IMG/VR virus record: IMGVR_UViG_3300035698_022762
Location: 16,389 to 80,388 of that record
Direction: 5' to 3' (one strand)
Origin: a virus
Length of the DNA: 64,000 nt
Positions 48,380-55,860 of the stretch are shown in pieces. Numbering within the stretch: the stretch's first letter is position 1; the number at the start of each line of letters is the position of its first letter. The position numbers and the translations under genes were made by a program. The notes under the pieces were generated by a model. The model was not told the origin of the DNA. It saw only the letters and a list, made by a program, of their open reading frames with translations, and did not search any database.

Positions 48380-48941
48380 AATTGAATTTGTACAATTTTC
48401 CAAAAAACTTATTAAAGAAATCAACTCTTGTTACGACATGCATAAATTTGTCATGTCTGCTTTTCCTGATATGATGAAAACTAAAATTTTATTCAATGTG
48501 AATAAAAAAGGAATAATCGTACAATCAGAAATAAAGCCAGATTGGGAAAAAGCTAGAAATTATAGAGATTATTTTGTTAGTTCTACAATTGAAGAAATGG
48601 AATTGAATTTTGAGAACGATCAAGTCTTACAATTTTCTTTATTGGCCAATCCGACAAAAAGAGAACAATCAGGCAAAAGAAGATTTATTAGAACTGAAAA
48701 CGAGTTATCTGAATGGTTCGTTCGCAAATCCAATCTAGGGGGGTTTGCCCTTTTAGAATTGTCCATAAGCCCTACTAAGAAGAACATTTCAAAGAAAAAA
48801 GGCAACGAAATAACGATTGGCAGTGTGGTTTTCAATGGAAAACTAAAAGTCAAATCGGTGGAAGAATTTTCAAAAACAATTGTAGAAGGTATAGGAACAG
48901 CCAAATCGTTTGGTTTTGGGTTGCTAATGGTAAAATCATAA
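48366..48941 (+). CDS. cas6e: Cas6e (Cse3/CasE) pre-crRNA endoribonuclease
   Basis: YDMH, VQS..PDW, ANPTK and C-terminal GIGTAKSFGFGLL glycine loop. Confidence 0.93.
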   Translation: MYRSKIEFVQFSKKLIKEINSCYDMHKFVMSAFPDMMKTKILFNVNKKGIIVQSEIKPDWEKARNYRDYFVSSTIEEMELNFENDQVLQFSLLANPTKREQSGKRRFIRTENELSEWFVRKSNLGGFALLELSISPTKKNISKKKGNEITIGSVVFNGKLKVKSVEEFSKTIVEGIGTAKSFGFGLLMVKS

Positions 48942-48944
48942 TGG

Positions 48945-49811
48945 ATGAGAAACATGAAAAACCTCCATCAAATATCCAGAGCAGAAGATAGATCACCATT
49001 TCTATTCGTTGAAAAGTCTAGGGTATACGTAGACGGTAACAATGTTAGAATCGTAAACAAAGAATATAACATATCAGTTAATCCCAATTCAATAAGTGGT
49101 TTGTTGTTAGGACTGGGAACATCCATAACGCATTCTGCTGTGAAAACTCTTACAGAGTACCACGTCACAATTCAATGGATCGCTAGTGATATGCTGCATA
49201 CATATGCACATACATTCGATTCAAAACAACGCACTAAAAACCTTTTAAAACAAGCGGCGTTAATGGCAAACGACAACACAAGAATGTTGGTTGTCAGGAA
49301 AATGTACAAATTGAGGTTTGAAGAAGACGTTTTAGAAGATTCTTTATTTTCCATTCGTGGGAAAGAAGGTGCTAGAGTAAGAAAAGCATACGAAAACATA
49401 GCTAAAGAAAAAGGGATAGAATGGAACGGAAGACATTATGTCCCAAACCATCCTGAAAAATCTGATCTCCCTAATCGATTATTATCTTTGGCTAATTCTT
49501 ATTTGTATGGATTGTGCTTGTCGGTTATAATTCAATTAGGTTATTCCCCTTCTATTGGGTTTATCCATTCTGGATTTGCCTTATCTTTTGTATATGATGT
49601 AAGCGATTTTTATAAAACAAAATTTATCATTCCTATTGCTTTTGAAATAGCATCTTTGGAAAACGCAATTCACGATCTAAAATTAAAAAATGATATTGTG
49701 AAAATGTTTGAAAAAGAAAAGTTTACAGAAAAAATAGAAAACGACATAAAACATGTTATGAATGTAGAATACAAACAATCAATAGAAAAAAATGGACTTT
49801 GGACGCCATGA
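48945..49811 (+). CDS. cas1: Cas1 (type I-E)
   Basis: LLLGLGTSITHSA, RGKEGARVR, GFIH and FVYDVSDFYK; catalytic E/H/D present. Confidence 0.95.
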   Translation: MRNMKNLHQISRAEDRSPFLFVEKSRVYVDGNNVRIVNKEYNISVNPNSISGLLLGLGTSITHSAVKTLTEYHVTIQWIASDMLHTYAHTFDSKQRTKNLLKQAALMANDNTRMLVVRKMYKLRFEEDVLEDSLFSIRGKEGARVRKAYENIAKEKGIEWNGRHYVPNHPEKSDLPNRLLSLANSYLYGLCLSVIIQLGYSPSIGFIHSGFALSFVYDVSDFYKTKFIIPIAFEIASLENAIHDLKLKNDIVKMFEKEKFTEKIENDIKHVMNVEYKQSIEKNGLWTP

Positions 49812-50068
49812 TGATTTTAATTGTTAATAAAATAAGTGAAAAATTTCATGGAGAATTGAAAAATACTTTATTAGAAATAAAACACAATGTATTTGTAGGC
49901 AGTCCATCTAAAAGAATAAGAGAAATTATGTGGAGTAAGGTTGTAAAAAATGCTGAAAGTGCTGTAATGGCCAATTCAGACAAAAAACATATAAACAAAT
50001 ATGAAATAAATATACATGGAGACACAAATATCGTAGAAATAAATGGAAGATATTTTTCAAAATTATAA
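49808..50068 (+). CDS. cas2: Cas2 (type I-E)
   Basis: GEL..LLEIK.NVFVG..SKRIRE.MW; ATGA overlap with cas1. Confidence 0.9.
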   Translation: MMILIVNKISEKFHGELKNTLLEIKHNVFVGSPSKRIREIMWSKVVKNAESAVMANSDKKHINKYEINIHGDTNIVEINGRYFSKL

Positions 50069-50190
50069 AGTAAAAATGCTCAATCGACAAATACAGAAGC
50101 AATGTGTCGTTAAGTCTCTTTATTGTTGGTACTTACATCAAAAGCACAATATATTGTGCTTTTGATGTACTCATAGTACAATATGATGGT
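50069..50190 (+). promoter_or_regulatory. CRISPR leader with 36-bp perfect palindrome and putative promoter
   Basis: Palindrome at 50134-50169; TTGTGC(50154)-17-TACAAT(50177). Confidence 0.75.
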
Positions 50191-51101
50191 TTGTTCCCCA
50201 TGTAATGGGGGTGTTCCCACAGACAAGATAACGAAGGTAATATTGCCTATTTGTTCCCCATGTAATGGGGGTGTTCCTATGGAAAGCCGATGCTGTCTTT
50301 CAAGTACTTGTTGTTCCCCATGTAATGGGGGTGTTCCTAGAGATAAAGAGGAAGGCATCTATACATCCAATTGTTCCCCATGTAATGGGGGTGTTCCTTT
50401 GCGGATGAGTACGTTAATCGCCCGTTTGATTGTTCCCCATGTAATGGGGGTGTTCCTCTGGTAAAAAAATGCCTCAGCATGGTTAGCTGTTGTTCCCCAT
50501 GTAATGGGGGTGTTCCTTGCCGAAATGGACAATGTAAAGAAGTGGGCGATTGTTCCCCATGTAATGGGGGTGTTCCTTGCACCTTGCTTGATACCATTGC
50601 CAGAAGTTATTGTTCCCCATGTAATGGGGGTGTTCCTTAAGCATGAGCTAAAAGATTTAGTCAGGGGCATTGTTCCCCATGTAATGGGGGTGTTCCTATC
50701 TATCCGCCCGAAACCCTTGAAAATGTCATTTGTTCCCCATGTAATGGGGGTGTTCCCATCCACGTCGTACCCCAAGGCAACAAGTGGGCTTGTTCCCCAT
50801 GTAATGGGGGTGTTCCCATCCACGTCGTACCCCAAGGCAACAAGTGGGCTTGTTCCCCATGTAATGGGGGTGTTCCTTATTCCAGCAGCATAAGCCGATT
50901 TCCAGATATTGTTCCCCATGTAATGGGGGTGTTCCTAGCTGTATGGCAGCCCTATCGCACCTATCATGTTGTTCCCCATGTAATGGGGGTGTTCCTCAAT
51001 CGCATCCGCCGCATTTATTCCCCATGTAATGGGGGTGTTCCTAATCTTATGCCAGTATTTCCCATTGTCATCGATTATTCCCCATGTAATGGGGGTACTG
51101 A
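50191..51101 (+). CRISPR. Type I-E CRISPR array, 16 repeats and 15 spacers
   Basis: Repeat TTGTTCCCCATGTAATGGGGGTGTTCC(Y) with 59-60 nt period and a CCCCAT/ATGGGG hairpin; the last two repeats are variant and the last is degenerate, so the leader is on the cas2 side. Confidence 0.98.
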
Positions 51102-51201
51102 TCTAGAAGGTTTCTTCAAAGAAAAATAATTTCAGAAGTCTCTCTTTCATAACAGTTCCAAGTTCCATACAAGAATGAACATCATTGGCTTTGCAATCTA
51201 A

Positions 51202-51230
51202 TTTACAAGATTAAAAACTCATGGTATAAT
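51202..51230 (+). promoter_or_regulatory. Sigma70 extended -10 promoter for the small-gene cluster
   Basis: TTTACA-17-TATAAT with TGn. Confidence 0.65.
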
Positions 51231-51273
51231 GGCAGACAATCTTAGGAAGATTGTTCAGAGCAAAAAGGGAATC

Positions 51274-51771
51274 ATGAAATACGATAAAAAAACAATTGAT
51301 GAAAAAAGAAGCCAAGTCAGAAAGGTGTTACACAGATTCTGGCATGTTGATGTATTTGACAAAAATGGTGCCAAATTAAAAATTAACGGAGAGGAAGCGT
51401 ACAACAACCATAGTTGGAACAAAAATTATGATTACGATTATCATGATGACATAGACATGAGTACGTTATCAATAAAAGATAATTTAGAATTGTTTAATAA
51501 AATCGTAAAAGAAAACGAAAGTTATCATGACATTCGCTTGGTGGAATCTTCTACTTCTATTTACAATGAGTATTATTCCTTTCCTGAAATTGTAGGTATA
51601 AGAAAAGAAACAGATGAAGAAGTTATCGAAAAACTAGACAACAACAAACTAGAAGAAGCAAAAGCCAAAAAGATTAAAGAAGCTAAGAAGATTAAAACGC
51701 TAAAATCTAAAGAAGAAAAAGAATACCGTTTATACAAGAAGCTACAAGAAAAATTTGGCGAAAAGAAATGA
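51274..51771 (+). CDS. Hypothetical protein
   Basis: Likely start MKYDKK with AAGGGA RBS. Confidence 0.6.
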   Translation: MKYDKKTIDEKRSQVRKVLHRFWHVDVFDKNGAKLKINGEEAYNNHSWNKNYDYDYHDDIDMSTLSIKDNLELFNKIVKENESYHDIRLVESSTSIYNEYYSFPEIVGIRKETDEEVIEKLDNNKLEEAKAKKIKEAKKIKTLKSKEEKEYRLYKKLQEKFGEKK

Positions 51772-51812
51772 TTGGCTATAAAGGAGAATGTATAAACATT
51801 TAAGGATTTAAA

Positions 51813-52070
51813 ATGAACGAAGATTGCAAAAAAGTATTAAATTATTTAGGTCAAGAACGAGACGAATTTGGCTCTGGTTATATTCCACTTGACATTATTT
51901 CAGAAAAAGTCAAAATTCCTATTGATAAGCTGTATGATTTCGACAACTTTCAAGAAGGAATTTTGAACAATCTTGAGAATGAAGGATATGTTATTGTAAA
52001 TAGAAATGGCAGAGATGATAGTTCTGCTGTTGCCACAGAAGAAGGGCTTCAAAAATATTGGAGATTTTGA
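51813..52070 (+). CDS. Hypothetical protein (winged-helix-like)
   Basis: 85 aa; LNNLENEGYV...ATEEG pattern. Confidence 0.5.
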   Translation: MNEDCKKVLNYLGQERDEFGSGYIPLDIISEKVKIPIDKLYDFDNFQEGILNNLENEGYVIVNRNGRDDSSAVATEEGLQKYWRF

Positions 52071-52073
52071 TAA

Positions 52074-52340
52074 TTGAAAAAACGAGAATTTAATAAACAT
52101 TTGAATGCTTGTCGCACAAAAGACAAAAAAAGGCTTGATTTATCGAAACTAGAGGCACTTTCAAAAGAAATACGATTAAAAATGGCTCATTATGTAGTGT
52201 GTCAACGTGGCCCACTCATAATGCCTTTGGCTGCATGTTGTGATTCACAATGGCTGCATTCAATGGGATATATGTATAAGACTATTGGCAAGACATCAGG
52301 TTTGAAATTTCAGCATACTTGCGAGCATATTATCAATTAA
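52074..52340 (+). CDS. Hypothetical protein
   Basis: 88-aa ORF with TTG start. Confidence 0.45.
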   Translation: MKKREFNKHLNACRTKDKKRLDLSKLEALSKEIRLKMAHYVVCQRGPLIMPLAACCDSQWLHSMGYMYKTIGKTSGLKFQHTCEHIIN

Positions 52341-52473
52341 CTTACCAGAGAGAGCCGTAAAGACACAATTTTTACTGAAAAATGGCTAGACAAGAAGGCT
52401 TTAAAACCTTCTTGTCTATGTTATAATACTAGTGAGCGGTTTTTAGAATCAAATAGAAAGCGAGATAATTTAA

Positions 52474-52725
52474 ATGCCATGTATTGAAGAATTTAAAAAT
52501 AAAATATCAAAATATTCGGATGATGAATTGCTTAATGAAACAGTAGATTACTGTATGGGGCGTAGGCAGGGAGTTTTAGACAAAAATGGGTTAACCGAAT
52601 TAGAAATTTTAAGAGAAGAATGCAAGAAAAGATGTGTGAAGCTGCTTATGGATTCAGCAAAAACAATAACCGAATTTGAAAAACCACTTTCGTCACAAGG
52701 AAAAAACCATGAAGATGGAAACTAA
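52474..52725 (+). CDS. Hypothetical protein
   Basis: 83-aa ORF downstream of TGnTATAAT. Confidence 0.5.
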   Translation: MPCIEEFKNKISKYSDDELLNETVDYCMGRRQGVLDKNGLTELEILREECKKRCVKLLMDSAKTITEFEKPLSSQGKNHEDGN

Positions 52726-52894
52726 AATGAAACCAGTTTTAGATCGAATTATAAGTTCAATTCAAAACGATCCAGATGCTGATATCGTTTCTGACATCAG
52801 AAGAATTTCTAAAGAGTTTGATCTTGATTCAACAGAATCATCGTGGCTTAAAACAGAATTGATAAAACATATTCCTTCTTATCGTGGAGAATAA
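52709..52894 (+). CDS. Hypothetical protein
   Basis: Small ORF in a chain of overlapping genes; start uncertain. Confidence 0.45.
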   Translation: MKMETKMKPVLDRIISSIQNDPDADIVSDIRRISKEFDLDSTESSWLKTELIKHIPSYRGE

Positions 52895-53138
52895 AATGGC
52901 AATTAGAGTAACTAAAGGACATAGAGAACGAGAAGAAAAAAGAATTCCATTGGAAACCAATCGTAATTTATATGACGAGTTAATGGAATTGTCTATGGGG
53001 GATGATTATGATGGGTGTTTCACTCCTATCGGGAGAATTACTCATGGATTGCTAAAGGAAGAATTTGAAAAGAGATTGGCAGATTGGCTAGATGATGGAG
53101 GTTTGTCACATTTAAACGATAGTTGCACAGGCACATAA
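52884..53138 (+). CDS. Hypothetical protein
   Basis: Small ORF; GGAG before MAIRV suggests a slightly later start. Confidence 0.5.
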   Translation: MENKMAIRVTKGHREREEKRIPLETNRNLYDELMELSMGDDYDGCFTPIGRITHGLLKEEFEKRLADWLDDGGLSHLNDSCTGT

Positions 53139-53161
53139 TTATATTTAAAAGGAGATTCATC

Positions 53162-53344
53162 ATGAATACATCTAGACAAATGTGGGATGCTTTTCAAAAG
53201 TCCATATCATATGATAATTCAATGGGTAGTTACAATCATTACATTTGCGAATATTTTTTGAAAAAGATGAAAGATTCTGGATGTGAAATTCCAAACAAAA
53301 AAGAGTTCATGGAAGAAATGAAAAGCATTATTGAGGGAGAGTAA
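53162..53344 (+). CDS. Hypothetical protein
   Basis: AAGGAG RBS before MNTSRQ. Confidence 0.5.
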   Translation: MNTSRQMWDAFQKSISYDNSMGSYNHYICEYFLKKMKDSGCEIPNKKEFMEEMKSIIEGE

Positions 53345-53382
53345 TTCTTTTTTGAAGAACTCAAACTTACTTTCCCTATGTC

Positions 53383-53790
53383 TTAAAAAGGCATGATTTT
53401 GCCCAAAACTTCTTTTTCCCAATTATAATCTTTATATTTTTTCCCCCAATCATCAGCTTCTTGACAAAGAGTTTTAATTTCTTTATCAATTTTCTTATAT
53501 GCTTGCGATTGTTCAATCTTTTGAATAATATAATCTTGAAGGTATTCGTTATTCCAACATGGGTAGCCTTCCCCCAAAACAAGTTCCATCAGTTTATTGC
53601 GTGTCAAACTACCTTCAATAATTTTATAACTGTGGACATGAGGCGTGTCGTCGCTTTCCCATCCAATTAAAGACAAAATAGTACGTTTACCAAGTGGGAC
53701 TTCTATTGCTCTATTTTTTACAATAATGTTTTCTACTTGGCGAAAATGACGAGCGTGTTGCTTTTTAGGAGGCAAGTTGAGTTTAGTCAT
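53383..53790 (-). CDS. Hypothetical protein
   Basis: 135-aa ORF. Confidence 0.55.
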   Translation of the reverse strand: MTKLNLPPKKQHARHFRQVENIIVKNRAIEVPLGKRTILSLIGWESDDTPHVHSYKIIEGSLTRNKLMELVLGEGYPCWNNEYLQDYIIQKIEQSQAYKKIDKEIKTLCQEADDWGKKYKDYNWEKEVLGKIMPF

Positions 53791-53909
53791 AGTGGCTGCT
53801 ATCTGAAATACTTGTGGGTTTATTCGTTTAGTTGCACCATCTCATGATGATGTAACAAGTGTTTGCGTTTTCTCAAACTTTTAAATCACGCATCGAAATT
53901 AATTTTTCT

Positions 53910-54478
53910 CTAAACTATTGTTAAATGAAAATGATAGACTGAATCATAACTATCTGATTCAAAAGTTTCTTCTTTACAAGTAACGCTGCAATTATGATAA
54001 GACAACGTTTCTAATGTTTCACCTAGTGCATTCATTTTAGCAAATTTAATATTTGAAAGAGAGGCTATATGCTGTGCAGTCTCTTTTACTTTTAACATAT
54101 CATCTTTTGAATCACACATTAAGTTACAAAGTTCAAAAACAACCTCTTGGGAATTATGTTTGATCATTTTCACGAATGAAATATCAGATATCACCCATCT
54201 AGTTTTGCCTTTAAATATTGCATTTTCTTTGAGGTTTGCCGAAAGCGGTTCTGTTATTATTTGATCTATTTTACCATATAAACGTTCTAAATAATCTTGT
54301 CTACTATATGCATCTTTTTCTTCTAATATGTATTCGTGTTGTGTAGAATTAGCTAAATCGTGATAAAAATCATCATTAACTTCTATTGGATGAACTCTAA
54401 AATCAGTTAAGTCGCCTTCTTTTAGATTGACTATTCCAGTGCCAATTACGCTATTATTGTCTTTTATATGAACTAATA
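53910..54478 (-). pseudogene. 3' part of a phage gene interrupted by the IS607-type element
   Basis: The frame of the 94-aa ORF stays open, with no start codon, for ~95 more codons up to the element boundary (..LVHIKDNNSVIGTGIVNLKEGD..). Confidence 0.75.
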
Positions 54479-54640
54479 CCGTTCTAAAAAACTTACAAAA
54501 ATCTACAAGTAGCAGATTTCACGTTTTCTTCTTGCTTCACAGAAGACAGTTTCGTAATAATAATAGTCTTATTACCAGAGCTTTCCTCTCCACAAGCATT
54601 TATATTCTCTGTCGAACTGACAGCGAGATTCTCTAAATTC
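54460..54640 (-). ncRNA. Predicted TnpB omega/reRNA (scaffold overlapping the tnpB 3' end plus flank-derived guide)
   Basis: The tnpB stop lies 12 nt from the element end; GCTTGTGGAG...GAAGCAAGAA motifs typical of tnpB 3' ends; boundaries approximate. Confidence 0.55.
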
Positions 54641-55719
54641 TTAGCAGCATTTAAATCTCGATCATGAACAGCACCACAAGCACATGTCCACTCTCGATCT
54701 GCTAATGTTAACTCGTCATTCAAACAACCACAAAAACGACATAACTTAGAACTTGGGAAAAATCTATCAGCAACTTGGATATCACAGCCATATAGTTTCC
54801 CTTTATATTCTAATTGCCTTCTGAACTCATACAAACCAACATCTGAAATTGCTTGAGCTAATTTATGGTTTTTCATCATTCCAGAAACATTTAAATCTTC
54901 AATTACAATAATTGACTTGTTTTTCGTCAACTCAGTTGTAATTTTATGTAGTGTATCTTTACGAATGTTTCCAATCTTATAGTGCAGTTCCGATACCTTT
55001 CTTACAGCTTTTTTTCTATTTTGAGAACCTTTTACTTTCCTACTCATTGAACGTTGTAGCATCTTCAACTTTTTCAATCTAGTTCTTAATGCTTTAGGGT
55101 TCTGATATTCTTTTCCATCACTACAAACAGCTAATGTCTTTATACCCAAATCAATTCCAACTACATTTTTCTTCTTAGTTTTCGGTTCTTTGATTTCTTC
55201 TTCAACTTGGATAGACACAAACCATTTTCCTGCTTTTTCGCTAACTGTCGAAGACAGTATTTTCGCATCATTTGGAAAATATCCGTTTTCCTTGAGTCTT
55301 AGCTTTCCTAGTCTTGGAAGTTGAATAGTATTTTCTGTGACTTTTATTGTTCCAGTAAATCTACTTGAGCCAATGCTTTTATGTTTATTCTTTCGTCTTG
55401 GATATCCAACTTTTCCTTTGAACTTGCCTTTTTTCTTGTCTTTACACTTTCTAAAAAAGTTCTTAAAGGCATTTTCTAAATTTCTAAGTGACTCTTGAGG
55501 GCTACATTTTGATACATCTTTATACCAGATAGCATTATCTCTTTTCCAGACGTTCCACTCTTTATGAAGTTGGATAGCGTTTGGTTTAGAGACTTTGCTT
55601 TCGATACGGCTTAGTGCCCAATTCCAGACATAGCGTGCTGTCCCTGCGTGTTGCAGTAATGCAGAACGTTGTTTGTTGGAAACTTTTAATTCAGTTTTAT
55701 AACCCCGAATCACTTTCAT
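54493..55719 (-). CDS. tnpB: RNA-guided endonuclease TnpB
   Basis: HTH N-terminus; RuvC-I GIDLG, RuvC-II IEDL, Zn finger CRFC..CAC and RuvC-III DRDLNAA all intact. Confidence 0.96.
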   Translation of the reverse strand: MKVIRGYKTELKVSNKQRSALLQHAGTARYVWNWALSRIESKVSKPNAIQLHKEWNVWKRDNAIWYKDVSKCSPQESLRNLENAFKNFFRKCKDKKKGKFKGKVGYPRRKNKHKSIGSSRFTGTIKVTENTIQLPRLGKLRLKENGYFPNDAKILSSTVSEKAGKWFVSIQVEEEIKEPKTKKKNVVGIDLGIKTLAVCSDGKEYQNPKALRTRLKKLKMLQRSMSRKVKGSQNRKKAVRKVSELHYKIGNIRKDTLHKITTELTKNKSIIVIEDLNVSGMMKNHKLAQAISDVGLYEFRRQLEYKGKLYGCDIQVADRFFPSSKLCRFCGCLNDELTLADREWTCACGAVHDRDLNAAKNLENLAVSSTENINACGEESSGNKTIIITKLSSVKQEENVKSATCRFL

Positions 55720-55860
55720 TTAATTTCCTCTGCGTGTTTCCCACGCTTTCTTAGCAGCCGCCTTTCGTCGTCTGGTTTTCCATGCTTTATGTGCTGACTC
55801 GCTTCTTTGATTGGCTCTGCGAGTATCCCACGCCTTTAATGCTGCTTCTCTAGTTGCCAT
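55720..55860 (-). CDS. 46-aa basic peptide with three KAWxTRR repeats (not in the ORF track)
   Basis: MATREAALKAWDTRRANQRSESAHKAWKTRRRKAAAKKAWETRRGN; AAGGAG RBS; its TAA abuts the tnpB ATG. Confidence 0.75.
   Translation of the reverse strand: MATREAALKAWDTRRANQRSESAHKAWKTRRRKAAAKKAWETRRGN

Noticed and set aside
39711-51101. CRISPR-associated transposon (CAST), suggested by the TnsA-like domain next to Cascade
   Set aside because: There is no TnsB, TnsC or TniQ and no Tn7-like ends; Cas3 is intact; the Zn-ribbon+PD-(D/E)XK layout fits a homing endonuclease.
50110-51129. ORFs on both strands across the array (for example 50359-50919 and 50504-50893)
   Set aside because: They are translations of CRISPR repeats; the 60-nt period keeps frames open.
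54493-55719. TnpB as a type V (Cas12) effector using the array
   Set aside because: The array is 3.4 kb away with I-E repeats and its own Cascade; tnpB sits at an IS end with tnpA in the same element.
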